Numbered from the stretch's first letter, positions 1-16,847 are shown. The stretch: DNA of 64,000 nt from Octopus vulgaris (GCA_951406725.2 OX597831.1:28458001-28522000); one strand, 5' to 3'. Translations and numbers: made by a program. Notes: generated by a model not told the origin, from the sequence alone.

Positions 1-74
1 TAAACACGGACGAAGTAGCGTTAAGCCTTTTGTCCGGCGTGCTTAAGAATCTTTCAGGTGACAGCCGTTTTAAA

Positions 75-272
75 TAATTCTTTTTACTACAGACACAAAA
101 CCTGAAATTTTGTAGAGAGAGGGCTAGTCGATTATATTGACCTCCCCACCATACTAAGCTGGTACTTATTTTATCGGAGAGCAAAGTCGACCTCGGCAAT
201 ATTTGAACATAGAATGTAAATACAGACGATGTAACGCCATATATTTGGCTCGGCGAGCTAACAATTCCGCTG
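75..272 (-). mobile_element. SINE family A (tRNA-like head, central GTCGACTTTGCCTTTCATCCTTTCGGGGTCGA domain), degenerate copy
   Basis: Reverse complement matches the repeat at 25417, 26121, 31253, 35198, 58039 (aaagtcgacctcggc, ctggtacttattttatcg); another head fragment at 1-65. Confidence 0.75.
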
Positions 273-384
273 AACGAAAACGTTAGCAACAGAATTTGTA
301 GAATTTGGAATTATAAATCGATCGCTTTCCCTCTCGTTGCAGCCTTACTTAAGACACAATAAATGCATACACACATACATATAT

Positions 385-594
385 ATTCTTATACTTATTT
401 CAGTCATTTGACTGCGGCCATGCTGGAGCACATTCTTTATTCAAGCAAATCCAGCCCAGGACTTATTCTTTGTAAACCTAGTACTTATCCTATCGGTCTT
501 TTTTGCCGAACCGCTCGGTTACGGGGATGTAAATACACCAGCATCGGTTATCAAGTGATGTTGGGGTGGGGTGGACAAACACACACACACATAA

Positions 595-639
<45 letters not shown>

Positions 640-779
640 CGATAGACTTCATTCAGTTTCCGTCTACCAAATTCACTCACAAGGCTTTGGTTGGCTCGAG
701 GCTATAGTACAAGACACTTGCTCAAGGTACCACGCAGTAGGACTGAACCTGGAACCATGCTACTTACCACACAGCCACT

Positions 780-782
<3 letters not shown>
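385..782 (-). mobile_element. SINE family B (tRNA head, CORE-like CTTGGGCAAGT segment, internal TA/TG microsatellite)
   Basis: Reverse complement runs GGAGTGGCTGTGTGGTAAGTAGC...GCTCCAGCATGGCCGCAGTCAAATGACTGAAA, as in copies at 7229, 13131, 28260, 40331. Confidence 0.85.
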
Positions 783-860
<78 letters not shown>

Positions 861-1418
861 TATATATATTATATATATACATATATTATATATGTGTGTG
901 TTTGTGTTTGTGTGTAAGTATGTGAGTGTACGTGTGTGTATGTGCGTGTGTGTTTATATATATGTACACACACACACACACACACAGAAACATATATATG
1001 TTTATATACTCAGACATTTATATAGCATAAATAAGCATTAATACATGTGTGTGTGTGTGAGTGTCTATGTGTATATGTGCTTGTATTATTGTTGTATTTT
1101 ATATTTATGTCTTATTTAGGTATGCATATATGACGTAATACATTAAACAAACATGCATACGCTCACACACACACACACACTCACACATAAACACACACTG
1201 CACGCAAACAAGCACACACTCACACACGCTGAAATATCCAACAGATCGTGATACACAAAGTAGTAGATATTTATTAGCCGTCGCCGCGATGTGTAATGAA
1301 ATCCACTAAACAAAAGTAAACATCGGTCTTTACTTACGCACACCACCCCTCCACCAATCCATCAATCCATCCATCCATCCTTCCATCCATCCATCCATCC
1401 ATCCATCTATTCATACAT

Positions 1419-1505
<87 letters not shown>

Positions 1506-1705
1506 GGTGTGTATATGTTTATTTGTGTGTAAGCATATTAGATATGCAAATATGTGTATAAGCGTATGTCTGTGTGTCTTTCTGTATATGTGTGGGTATA
1601 TAAATAAAGTGTAGGTATGGAATGGATATACAGGTATATATACATATATGTATAAATAGATATACATATATGCATATGACTATTGCACAAACATACACAC
1701 ACATA

Positions 1706-1754
<49 letters not shown>

Positions 1755-1875
1755 CAGATACATACATATGCATGTGTATAAGTATGCAAAGTATGTATGT
1801 GCGTACGTACGTACGTATGTATGTATGTATGTATGTATGTACGTACGTACGTACGTACGTACGTACATATGTATG
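783..1875. repeat. Compound microsatellites (TA)n, (CA)n, (ATCC)n, (TACG)n
   Basis: Directly visible simple repeats. Confidence 0.9.
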
Positions 1876-2205
1876 TAAATATATATTTTGGGGCTTATGT
1901 ATACATCGTGTCTGCTTGAGCACGGCATTCTCCCACCTCTCTTTTCCTTCTCCTTCTCCTTCTCCTCCTTAAGTGATTTGATGTTATATTGAAATAACAC
2001 TCCAGTCTTGTCATGTGCAATTTACTTCGGCTCACGTCTGACGCCATCTTAAAACCATGGAGCGAGGAGCCACAACCACACAACCACACAACCAAACAAT
2101 CACACAACCAAACAACCACATAGTCCCACAACCACACAGCTGCACAAACAAACTACGCGAACATAGAATCAAGCGAACACACAACTGTAACGCTCATACA
2201 GTCGC

Positions 2206-2248
<43 letters not shown>

Positions 2249-2519
2249 TCACCTCGCTACAGTCAACAATCGTCGTCTCTAAACAACTACAATGACATGA
2301 ACAGCAGTAACAACAATAAGAGCTAAACGAACATCAATAACAACAACAAAAACGGCAATAATAACAACAAGAACGCACAGCTCAGCACTTGAAGATATAT
2401 AATCCTAAATAAATGTCCCGTCCCCCTCTGGAGCATTTACTTTCGACCGACAAATCAAACCGTTTATGACGTCTGACATAAATGAATAAAGCAATAATTC
2501 TTCTTTTTGTTAGTATTTT

Positions 2520-3610
<1,091 letters not shown>

Positions 3611-3904
3611 GAAACAATAATGTTTTTGTTGTTGCTGTTGTTCTCTAAAATGCCCGGCTAGCGTACAAACTATTGTTGTTGTTTTTGCTGTTGTTGTTTC
3701 ATGACGTGGCACCATGTTCTTTAGCAACTTCAAAGAATCTAAATATTTACTTTTTTTTTGCTGGAACAAAATGAATTCTTTACGGTTGGCTTTGCATGAG
3801 AACTCAGCCGGAAGAGCCAATAGCGTTTGTCCTCATACAGGGAATTCTTTAAAGCTTGGTGTTTTAGACATATTTTCATATGTTGTTTGTGAACTTCTCT
3901 AGCA

Positions 3905-4105
3905 ATATTTGTTTCAGAATTTTGGCGCAAGGGCAGCGATTTCGGAGAAGGGCGTAAGTCGATCACATCGACCCCAGTATTCAACTGGTACTTATTTTAT
4001 CGACCCCGAAAGGCTGAAAGGCAAAGTCGACCTCGGTGGAATTTGGACACCGGACTTAAAGACGGAAGAAATGCCGATAAAGACGGAAGAAATGCTTGAC
4101 GCATA
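3905..4105 (-). mobile_element. SINE family A
   Basis: ctggtacttattttatcgaccccgaaaggctgaaaggcaaagtcgacctcggtggaattt. Confidence 0.85.
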
Positions 4106-4119
4106 ATATTAATGGACGA

Positions 4120-4900
4120 TAATAATAATGGAATCATAAAACGGCAAAAGAAAGAACTGAACTTGGATACGAAGACAAGAAAAATGTTGACAGTGCACGG
4201 AGCCTTCTCCCATAAGAGTGACACCGATAGGTTGTACGTGTCACGAAGAAATGGTGGGAGAGGTTTGATCAGTTGTCATGATCGTATCGAAGTAGAGAAA
4301 AACAGCTTAGAGTGGTATGTAGAAAATACCGTAGAACCATTGTTGAAACATGTGAAGAAGGCGAGCGTTATTAAAACTGATAATTGTGTTGAGAAAGAAA
4401 AAGAAAAAAGAACACACACACTCAAAAGTAACAGCATGGAAGGAGAAAAACTCTACGGTCAGTTTGCGAGAGATACGCCAAGACAGATACGGAAGATCAG
4501 TGACTATGGATGACGAGGAGTGACCTGAAGATAGAAACAGAAGCACTTTTATGAGCAGCTCAAGAACAAGCATTAATGACTAACTATGTGAAGTGCAGAA
4601 TCGACAATACTACTGACGGCTACAAATGCAGAATATGTGGTGAAAGGGGTGAAACGGTTAGGCACATCGTCAGCGAATGCCCGAAATTGGCACAACGCGA
4701 ATATTGAAGACGATATGAGAAATGTAAAGGTGCAACGCTAAAAAAAATCAGTATTGCTTGGAACTTCAACAATCCTTTACAGGCTTCTTGAAGCATGACC
4801 AGTAAACAAGTGTCCCCTTAGTCTGCTGCCTGTGAACAGCTGATACTTTTCATCATACCCAGCAAAATAAGCTGTGAGTTTTTATCAAATAATAATAATA
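4120..4900 (+). mobile_element. R4/Dong-like (restriction-like endonuclease clade) non-LTR retrotransposon, 3' fragment, internally deleted
   Basis: Translates with stops and frameshifts as LDTKTRKML..DRLYVSRRNGGRGL, AAQEQAL, CRICGERGETVRHIVSEC (CCHC knuckle), then KSVLLGTSTIL. Begins and ends in (TAA)n. Confidence 0.8.
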
Positions 4901-4914
4901 ATGATGATGATGAA

Positions 4915-4947
<33 letters not shown>

Positions 4948-5099
4948 AATAATGATAATAATAATATCATCTCCTGTGGATGAGAATATAAGAGCAGTGA
5001 GATTGGGTGTGTAGAACAGAAATTGTATTTGTGGTTGCAGAAACTACTTAGGGGCTTTCGACTTCAGAGTACCATGTAGGCAGCAAAGGATAGCGCGAA

Positions 5100-5135
5100 A
5101 AAGAAAGAGACAAAGAGAGAGAGAGGGAGAGATAT

Positions 5136-5168
<33 letters not shown>

Positions 5169-5175
5169 GAGATAG

Positions 5176-5254
<79 letters not shown>

Positions 5255-5275
5255 TAGAGAGAGTGAGAGAGAGAG

Positions 5276-5306
<31 letters not shown>

Positions 5307-5308
5307 GA
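5100..5308. repeat. (GATA)n/(GA)n microsatellite
   Basis: Visible. Confidence 0.95.
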
Positions 5309-6099
5309 CCGGCAGATAACAACAACTGTTTCTAGGCGTTGCTGTTCCAGCATTCTGAAGCGAAGCTCCGAAATAGTGGAGTTCATCTCGTCTTCAATCC
5401 TTGAAGATGATGAAATCGAAGACCCATTCTTTCAAATTGTTACATTCCATTTGAATAGCAAATGGAAATTGTAGATCAGTGGGAGACCGTCAAGAGGATA
5501 AGAAAAAGAAGAGGTAAACGAAAAAAGGTAAACAAGGCTGAAGAAATGTGAGTTATTAGAAGGGGATTTTGTTTTCTACCACCATGGACCCGCTCATCTT
5601 CAGGACTACTTAATTTTAGATTTGATATTGAGAACAATGAAACTAATGTATTAATGGAGCACGAGTTAACGTAGTAAAACCAGGAATACTTGTAAACAGA
5701 ATTTTAATCTAGGCCACACTAGTAGTCTACAGAGTTAAATATTGTTTGGAGGATATCGAGATCTTGAGGATTCAAGCGGTAAAAAGTCCTTATGGGTGCA
5801 TTTGAATGCACCCGTTACAATACAATGAATGACAGATGAGAAAAGTGGTGGAACGTTCTGACTATACCTACCTGTTGGGCTTTTGCTCGTGTGTCGGTAG
5901 GTTACATTACTTGCTTATCACGTTACATAACATCTAAAAAAATATCATGTGTTGCTGTATAACAATTTACTTATTTTCTGTATTTACTGCTTTTTGAAGA
6001 CGTATAAGACGTGTCTCTGCATTTGATGCAGTCTTAATTTACAAGAAATATTTTATAGGGAAAAATGTTAGCAAGTTTCACCAATACACCTGACAACAG

Positions 6100-6760
6100 T
6101 GGTTTTGGTTGGAAAAAGAGACATATATAAATACAATATATATTGGAATCAAGAACGAACATGCATATATATATATATATTAACATTATAATGGTCATGA
6201 ATTGAAAAGAAATTCAATTTACTATAGCTGAAAAGAAATATCTTCCATTGGTCTCAATGAGTATTGTTAAACGGGTATAAAGCAAATATGTCGACAAAAC
6301 TAGTCGAGATTAATCAGAAAAGTACAATAAATGTGAACGACTTCCTAGAGCTACAATACTTGCTGATAAAGCGAATATTTCATTAGTATTACCACACGGC
6401 AAGCCAAAGGAATAAAACTGAATACATCCAAAAGAAATTACTTTTTCATTGAACAGACGACATAGCTAGCAGCACAATAAACGCAAAAGAAAATAGTGTC
6501 ATGCCATTTTATTTAATCATCTGAGAAAGCTAGGAAGACATTATCTTGAGATCAAGCTAAACCAATAACTTCAAAGACTAGAAACCCATTCTCGCTGCTG
6601 GTATCCTTGTTACTCTATTCATTACAAGAATTCTCTGCTATAGAACCCCGGTGATCAATATTTTGTTTAAACAATAACTCATGCTCAGGACTATCAAGAA
6701 TATTACTAATGTCTCATGTTAGGAACATCACAGCTTCTTCATTTACAACATTCCATGAAA
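6100..6760 (+). mobile_element. Possible heavily decayed Penelope-like RT N-terminal region
   Basis: Short translated patches ADKANISLVL (cf. ADKG motif), KPITS (cf. RPIIS) and HVRN in the expected order; no continuous frame. Confidence 0.3.
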
Positions 6761-7228
6761 ATTTTAACCTTACCTCCATCACATACACATTTGTGTAGTG
6801 GTAGGCCTTTTCGTTCTTCTTCGTGTCGTTTCAAAGTTTGTAACCTGCATCAACTTACTCTACAGCCTTCCTGCCTCATGAATTATTTTAATGGATAATG
6901 GCGTGAGCTATCCAAAGTCAGTAAGTGATGAGTTTAGAACCTCAGGTATCACTGTTGAGGTTCCTAAATTTCCCTTTTAATAAATCCACTCCAATGAAAC
7001 CGAAACTGTTCCCAAACTAAGACAGGAGGAATTCTTTAATTATCCACCAGGACGCATGGGCTATGCGTTATCTCTCCCTAATTTCCCCGCTTCTTCAAAA
7101 ATCAAACTCCCAGACAGACATCAACATAAACACTAGTAACTATTGTTTCTGAATGTATTTGTTTTAAAACATTAGAAAAAGATATACATTTTGTGCAATC
7201 AACAGGTTATGTTAAAACAGTTGTATAC

Positions 7229-7710
<482 letters not shown>

Positions 7711-8157
7711 ACTATAGTGTATCTTCTTATAGCAAACATTTTTAACTGTCCCCTATTTACTATCTTTGTATTCTTCTATTTTGTACAAAGGTTGATCAAA
7801 TATCAGAGGGAAGAATTTCGGCCTTATTTTCTTCCCGTAAAAACTCAGAGTTATGTATTTTTCCTGTATGAATCCCTAACTTGTGAGTCATATCACTTTT
7901 CTTTTCATATCCAGTCGATAGTTTTTGTGCTAATCTTCTTGTGGTCGTCACACAGAGTTTAATTTTGCTCATAAGCTTAAGCCACCGTGACTGGCATATC
8001 GGAAAACTATATTCAACAAGTCTCATTGTTTTGTCACTTTCGATATGAAATAAATAAATAAGTAATGAGATCGATAAAAATCAACTACAGCCCTCACCTA
8101 CTCGAAAATTTACTGTTCTGTTGCCAGCGGTAGAACTCCTTATTGATATATACAAAA

Positions 8158-8192
8158 TGACTACTACTACTACTACTACTACTACTAGAACC

Positions 8193-8245
<53 letters not shown>

Positions 8246-8270
8246 CACTACCACCACCACCACCACCACC

Positions 8271-8301
<31 letters not shown>

Positions 8302-8302
8302 T

Positions 8303-8396
<94 letters not shown>

Positions 8397-8420
8397 GCTG
8401 CTGCTGCTTCTACTACTACT
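8158..8420. repeat. (ACT)n/(ACC)n microsatellite
   Basis: Visible. Confidence 0.95.
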
Positions 8421-8734
8421 ATTTACTGTAGTCAGTAGTCATTAATGTTAAGTATCATAACGATAGCCACCACAGAGCATTTTGGCAGACATTTTTCATG
8501 CACACAGGGTGGTAATTAAATGTTTTTTATATGACGACCTCCCCCCTCTCTCATAACACATGTATGAAGTTATATATGTTTGTGTGTATGTTTATATGTG
8601 TGCATGTAGATGTATGTACGCGTGTATATGAATATATGTCTGCTTGTCTGTCTGTTTGCCAGTATGTATGTACATTTACAGGCTAACTTGCGTAACGTAG
8701 CGAGCCCAAAATATCTTCTACTAAATTTGAATTA

Positions 8735-8915
8735 TATCTGGTGGTGGTGTCTTTATGTCTCTGTAACCTAGCAGTTTGGCATACGGAATTGATAGAATAA
8801 GTACTAAGTACCAGACTTTAAAAAGAAAGTATTGGGGCCGATTCGTTTGATTAGAAAGTCTTCAAGATGGTGCTCCAGCATGACCACACGGGGATGAGTG
8901 AAACAAGTAAAAGAT
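8735..8915 (+). mobile_element. SINE family B, 3' half
   Basis: gtaacctagcagtttggc...ggtgctccagcatgacc...gaaacaagtaaaaga. Confidence 0.75.
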
Positions 8916-10192
8916 AAACGATAAAAGATAATTAAATAGAAATATCCAGTAGGGAAAGTTTGATCCTTAATAAGTACAGGGTTCATTTTCTGGATATATT
9001 TCTGCCTTATTAAACCTCATCAAACAAGTATATACTAACACTTATTTACCACATGATAGAACGGTTAAGAGAATATTGCTTCAGTATAGAAGTGATTCTC
9101 TGATTTGTTAGGTTAATACATAAATGAAAAAGAATGGAAAAATTTTTTCCCTAGGATGCCTTCGGTACGAAGACTCACAGTTAAGTGTATAAATGAGAGC
9201 AAAAACACCGAATTCATATGATAGTTTATTATTTATTAAAAAAAAAACTGGTTCAACTCTTCGCCCATGACAATAGATTCGCGTTACTGATAACATACTC
9301 AGGAGAAATTAATCAATTGATTTTTTTTCGTCTGAATGTGCTTAAGTTACGTGATTTTTCAGGAACAAATTTGATTGATTAAGAAAGATATAATATTTAT
9401 GTACAAACAGCGTATATGGCTTTGGTGCAAATGATGTTGTATAGTGACAGAACATTATAAATAGCAGACCAAATATTTCCATACAATCTTTCTATCATTA
9501 AAAATAACGTCAAAGTTAGTTACAGCTGTCAAGATAGTAGGGCTATTATAAATAAATAAATACATAAATAAATAAATAGGTAAATAAATAAATCAAATGT
9601 AAATATCCCACTTACTACGTAACTGATCTTCACGCACAGACACGCCTCAACCACTTAATTATCGCTGGATTGCTAAACTGTGTTTTCTCTATCAGTCTCT
9701 TCTACTCCTTTCTCAACGTAACTGCAGTATTATAGAAATCTGTTACAAGAAGTAGTTACTCCATTTTCACCTAAGGGTTCTCTGCGTGACGATCAGTGCT
9801 CGACAATTTGGTAGGGAGACTTACGTGTTTCAGAACAGAAGAGGGAGGAAAACTTATTCATTTCATGAACGTATCATGTACAATATTATCGTTATTTATA
9901 ATATTGTCAATTAAAACACTTCTCTCGTTACGTGATCAGCGGTAACACGAAACTGTTTGTATTAATGAACACTTAAATATATACGCACACACAAACATTC
10001 ACACTCACACTCACACACACACTCACATACATATTTATATATATATATATGTACATACATACAAACAAACATACATACATAGGTTAATGGTATACTAATT
10101 AGTTGCTCCAGTTCTCTGTAGCTTCTACATTTGATGACTATACAAATGGAATAGCAACTTATTTCTCTGGGATTAATCAAATGAAGTAGTCA

Positions 10193-10233
10193 CCTCTGAT
10201 GAGACTTCAATAATTACCGAAAATCGATAAAGG
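10193..10233 (+). ncRNA. Degenerate minimal hammerhead ribozyme-like motif
   Basis: CCT CTGATGA ... GAAA ATCGAT AA AGG: canonical core, palindromic stem III, stem I CCT/AGG. Stem II and the NUH site are decayed. Flanks resemble the minus-strand motif at 19909-19990. Confidence 0.5.
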
Positions 10234-10752
10234 CTGTTCACAATTGTTTCTAATTTTCAAATAAATGAGTAAAATTGACATGTTTGCTTGTCTTCTGCAT
10301 AGGCTTCCGTATATATATGTGCGTGGAATATGTAATATATGATGGGCCCTTCCGTCGAAGACGACGTATGAGCCTTCAGCAGTGGATAACGTTGTTGTAA
10401 ATATAGCAATTGAAGAAATTAGAGAAGGAATAGTCATAGGCAGAATGTCTTCCATTTTTAGTCTTTTAGAGAAGGGTTGATCTGGCGGATAAGGAAGGGA
10501 AGCAACAAGAGCAGCACCCCACCACCACTACCACTTTCACTACGACGACAACGACGACGACGATAACGACGATGACAATGACGACGATGACCACCACCAC
10601 CACCACCACCACCACCACCACCACCACCACCACCGCCACCAATAACAACAACAACCATAACATTACCAACATAAATAACGGCAACAACTATTGATTCTTA
10701 GTCGACAATATGCTTCAACCACTCGCTCGTCGCTGGCTTGCCCAGCTAGATA

Positions 10753-10791
<39 letters not shown>

Positions 10792-11425
10792 ATCACTTCT
10801 ATCGCTACTGCTACTATTACAGCCACTGCTCGTCTAAACTACTGACCGTATGTCCATCTCCTCCACTTCTTTCACCCTTATGCTTCTTCTGTCGTTCCTA
10901 CATTAGCTAAGACTTCCACCCGTTAACGTCTTTGCATACAACTCCAAATCTACTTCACAACACGCAAATGAAAATCCTCTGAGCATATGATTTCCTATCA
11001 AAAAAGCCCTTCACATACCTTCGAGCGCTTGTACTCTTACTTTTTAAAAATTAACTTTACCCTTAACCATCATAACCATTTCATCCCAGTCTACTAGTAT
11101 TCTTTAAGCATTAATCCACCATGCATTCACTACATTAGTCATGTCTCTCCACCCTATCAGTGATCGTCTCACATTCACCTTATTCATTTCCTACATTAAC
11201 CCCCACCTCACCCGCCATCCGTAATAACAATTCTACCCCAGTCAAGAAATGCTTGTAAAAGCTACTGGTGCTGTCCACTTCTGCAACGAAATTATTGACC
11301 ATTTTCTGAAAATATCCCACCAAATTTGAGGGTTGGTGCACGGGGTGGGAGAAGGGTTAATTGATTATATCGATCCCCTTGTATTTTATTGTTAAATGTT
11401 ATACTGATTCTTGGAAGGTACAGTC

Positions 11426-11645
11426 GAAGCGTATGGCTCGGTGGTTAAGGTGTTGGACTCATGATCGTAAGATTGTGGTTTCGATTCCTGGACCAGGCGA
11501 CGCGTTGTGTTCTTGAGCAAAACACATAATTTCACGTTGCACCAGTCCACTCAGCTAGCAAAAAGGAATAATCCTGCAACGGACCGGTATCCTCCGCCCA
11601 GGGAGGAATATATACGCCAGTGAAACTAGGAAAGCAGCCCTTGTG
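11426..11645 (+). mobile_element. SINE family C (tRNA head, TGTGTTCTTGAGCAA central segment)
   Basis: A box tggctcggtggtta, B box ggtttcgattcc; homologous to 17557. Confidence 0.8.
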
Positions 11646-11729
11646 TCCTTACGGAGTAATATGGACTAAACACAGTCGACATTGGAAGGGATTGAATTGG
11701 GAACATGAACGGTCATAAATAACCAGATA

Positions 11730-12282
11730 TTGGGTTGTCCGGAAAGTTCATGCCGATTTTTAAAGGAAAGAAAAAGGTCAATAAATACTTGCCATTACAT
11801 TTTTAATCAACCAAATATGAACCATTTTGTTGCACAATGCGTCTCCATATTTCCTTTAACTTGAAAATACCCTCTTCCCAGAATTGAGGTGGTTTCATGG
11901 TAAAGAATTCATCAAGGTATCTTTTTACGTCATCCAAGGAATGTACATTTTTACCATTAAGACTATTCTGCAGAGACCTGAATATGTGGAAATCTGAAGG
12001 AGCAATATCTGGTGAATATGGAGGGTGGGGTAACACATCCCAACCGAGCCGCAGCAATTTTTGTCTGGTTCCCAAAGCATCTAGTGCCGAAAATGAACTT
12101 TCTTATCTTCCATTTTAAAGGGTTACAGAATTAACACAGGTTATAGGAACATAAACCTTCTTCCACGAAAAGATAGCTTAAACTGTGCCCTAAATGGAGG
12201 TGTAGTCAAATCCTATTTTATGGACTCAACAAGTCGAAAGATAAGCTACTATAAATCGGCACGAACTTTCCGGACAACCCAA
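11730..12282 (-). mobile_element. Internally deleted mariner transposon (mellifera-like), 553 bp
   Basis: 30-bp TIRs TTGGGTTGTCCGGAAAGTTCRTGCCGATTT (11730-11759, 12253-12282; one mismatch) with TA on both sides. N-terminus MEDKKVHFRH (ATG at 12113) is joined directly to the transposase C-terminus. Confidence 0.95.
11803..12075 (-). pseudogene. Mariner transposase C-terminal fragment
   Basis: TRQKLLRLGWDVLPHPPYSPDIAPSDFHIFRSLQNSL...GIFKLKEIW: the YSPDLAP.D mariner signature. Confidence 0.92.
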
Positions 12283-12759
12283 TACCACAATACAGATAAG
12301 TCATCATTCTACAGAGTTTATCATTACATACAAAAGCAACGATGATGGCGTTAGTGAAGATGGTGGTGGTAGTGAAAGTGGTGGGGGTGGGGGTGAAGAT
12401 GATGAAAATGACGATAATGGTGGTAGTGATGGCTGTAGTGGTAGTTGTGGTAGTGATGATGACGATGGTGGTACTGTGGTGGTGTTGGTGGTGGTGATGA
12501 CGATGATGGTATTGGTGATGATGGCGGTCATGGTTGTGGGCGTCGTGGTGATGACGATGATGATGAATGTATGGTCTTTAACATTAGCACAACACAAATA
12601 CCTTGGTAGAATCACAATATTGATTAATTCGATTTCATTAATTGACTTTCTTGACACCAACGTTCCAGGCCTCGTGACAAATGATAGAAATCATCATCAT
12701 CATCATTATCATCGCGAATACCACCACCACCATTATTATTGCTGTTATTATTATTATTA

Positions 12760-13720
12760 TTTAGTACCTTTATTTTTATGGCGTGCTTTCAGCGCACTAC
12801 CAAGCACAGTTCTGTGTGCCTTGGGTATGTGCTGTGGTTTGCTGTGGTGCTGTTATGACTACTGTAGTGAAAATGTTTTGCGTAGGATGTGTGCACCGCC
12901 CAGTAGTGCAATTTTCTGTATGTTATATATACTTGTAAGTCCTGGTGCCTTTATTATGTATTTGTCTGAATATTTTTTTTATCATACCTAATGTGCCTAC
13001 TATGATAGGAATTGTTTCTGTTTTCAGACTCCACATTCGAGTTACCTTTATTTCCAGGTCTTTGTATTTTGAAAGTCTCTCCATTTCTCCATATGTTTGC
13101 ATTTTTGGATAGTTTTTCTATTTCATTTTTAGGAGTGGCTGTGTGATAAGTAGCTTGCTTAATGACCACATAGTTCTGGGTTAAGTCCCACTGCGTGTTA
13201 CCTTGGGCAAGTGTCTTCTACTATAGCTTCGAGCCGACCAAAGCCTTGTGAGTGGATTTAGAAGCCCGTCATATATATGTATATATATGTATGTGTGTGT
13301 ATATGTTTGTGTGTCTGAGTTTGTCCCCCCAACCTCGCTTGACAACCGATGCTGGTGTGTTTACGTCCCCGTAACTTAGCGGTTCGGCAAAAGAGACCGA
13401 TAGAATTAGTACTAGGCTTACAAAGAATAAGTCATGGGTCGAGTTGCTCGACTAAAGGCGGTGCTCCAGCATGGCTGCGACCAAATGGCTGAAACAAGTA
13501 AAAGAGATCCATAATCCTCTGTTGCAATTGATACTTTGATCTGGAGACACTTCCCTTCCTGGTGGTCCTTGACAATCATATCTGGTGTATTGACCCTGAA
13601 ATATTTGTGTGTACGAGAGCGTATCACAACGCATGGTCACTTTGCCATTCTGTTGAAACTTTACTGGTGTATGACTTTACCATTTCTCTCTCTTGGTATA
13701 TCATCCTATTGACAGACATA
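12760..13720 (-). mobile_element. R4/Dong-like LINE 3' fragment interrupted by a SINE
   Basis: Minus strand gives RVNTPDMIVKDHQEGKCLQIKVSI (PD-type endonuclease) at 13510-13600 and NIQKIALLGGAHILRK near 12880-12925; ends at a (TAA)n tract. Confidence 0.7.
13131..13507 (+). mobile_element. SINE family B, full length, nested in the R4-like LINE
   Basis: aggagtggctgtgtgataagtagcttg...gaaacaagtaaaagag. Confidence 0.9.
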
Positions 13721-14575
13721 AATTCCACTCTCTGAAAACCATGATTCTATCATGCTTGTACTTATATTTTTTCTTCGTTCAGACTGTCTAAATGTTTCTT
13801 CCAAAAAAATTAGACAGTTGCTGTATTTTTCTTCGTCACATGCTTTAGATTATTTCTGGTCCGAAGACTTTGATCATGAGCCACAAAAAATAATTCTTCA
13901 GTTTCACCCCTGAGTCCTGCACGGCTTAGATAAAGCTACAATTTTATAATTATCCATTCTATTATATTCGGTTCCTCGGTTACTGGCCATGCATTCGTTT
14001 TTCTTGCTATTGATTTATCATGTCATTCTATGGCGACATTTTAGACTTGGTTTATAGCTTTCAATTCTTCTCATTTGATCTTCATCTTCAGAATGTACAT
14101 CATTATCAGAAAAGCAAATACGGTGTGGTTTGAGGTACACTTAGCTGCGATTTTTAATTTCTCGTGAGGTACATTTCTAAGCTGTAACATTGATAGTATA
14201 AACGATAGAGACGATTGACAAATTCCTCAGATCCACGTTCCGAAATGGCAGTAGTAGCACCAGATACATAGTCGAATATTTCTAGTCGTTTCCAAAAACA
14301 GAGGACCACAGAATCCATTCAACGTTGATGCATTAATATTTAAATACACAGCAATGTGCATCACTTTGATGTTGTGCAATGTTCACATGAGAATTGCCCT
14401 GTCAATATGAACATCTCTGCTCATATGCATTGGCGCATTAATGCATATGTGCATGTGTGATGACTGCATTCTGAGCAGCAATCATTTATTTAGATAAGAC
14501 AGACACCCTGCCACGACCAGATATTCCATAGATGCTTCAGTTTTAATTAACTGCAAGCTAGAAACACATGCACAG

Positions 14576-15650
<1,075 letters not shown>

Positions 15651-15936
15651 TAGTACCTATACCGCGCGTACACAAATGCTAGGTCTCGATGATGAGGACT
15701 TAGCTTTTCTTTTAAAATCTGTCAATTCAAACTCATTTACAAGTTATGGGTTGATCCTAAGGACTTGAAAATTTTAGTGGTCCAAGATGTCACGCGGTGG
15801 AATCGAACATGAGACTTCGTGGCTGCTCTCTACCTCCCACTCTCTCGGTTATTTTCTCATCCTCATACCTATAGCAGTTATGCACGGGCACCACCTTTAA
15901 TGTACATCTATCTACTTATATGTATGTCTATGTCAA

Positions 15937-16031
<95 letters not shown>

Positions 16032-16059
16032 ACTTGTATGTGTGTGTGTATACATATAC

Positions 16060-16212
16060 GCACGAGGATTACTGAAAAGTTCCTGGCTTTAAGTGTGTCG
16101 CGAAAGGCCTGGTTGAAGGCCCAACCTTCCGCGTTCCTTTAGAGGGCTTAGAAAAAACTGAAGGACTGCTACAATAAGTGTTTGAATCTGAGAAGAGAAT
16201 ATGTTGAATAAA
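16060..16212 (+). mobile_element. Short mariner-derived remnant
   Basis: TIR-like cgaggattactgaaaagttcctggctt and a 3' patch ending GAATATGTTGAATAA (EYVE*). Confidence 0.4.
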
Positions 16213-16301
16213 GGTAAATCTGATCAATTTGGTCAGTCAAGGTCAATTTGTGTCAAGCGGCATCACTCTTCGTGCTTTAGCTTCGTTACTATGGTAACAG
16301 T

Positions 16302-16575
16302 GGAAACTACCACCTGTGTCATCTCTTGTGAAAGGTAGGAGAGTCCAGTTTGCTGGACATTGTTGTAGAGCTGAAAAAGAGGTAATTTCTACTCTTCTCC
16401 TCTGGAAGCCATCTACTCGCAATACCAGAGAGCGCACACTCTCCTACCCTGATGTAATCTCCAGGGATACAGGCATCCAGCAACAGGACCTCCGTAATGC
16501 CATGATGGACCGTGAAGTCTGACGTAGCATGGTAAATTCCATTGTCTCGACCACGTTCGAACAATGATGATGATG
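16302..16575 (+). mobile_element. RTE-clade LINE, 5'-truncated 3' end with TSD
   Basis: RRVQFAGHCCRAEKE..LLLWKP..AMMDREV, (GAT)n tail, 11-bp TSD ATGGTAACAGT at 16291-16301 and 16576-16586. Confidence 0.85.
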
Positions 16576-16813
16576 ATGGTAACAGTTCGGATACTTATTA
16601 ATCAAGCCTTGCGTATACATATTCCAGAGGATGACAAGTTCAAACAGAAGCTATGTGCAGCTACATAGATTCAAATACTCAAAGATGAGTCTAAAACGGA
16701 ATGAAATACTTAATCCATAATAGAGTGTCCGGCATCATTATAGTCTGATTCAGCAATAAATCATTGGCGAAATAATATATTTTGTCGGAGTAACGATTAT
16801 GGATTACATATTT

Positions 16814-16847
<34 letters not shown>

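Noticed and set aside
11426-11495. tRNA gene
   Set aside because: The A/B boxes belong to a SINE head that continues into a repeat body; no complete cloverleaf.
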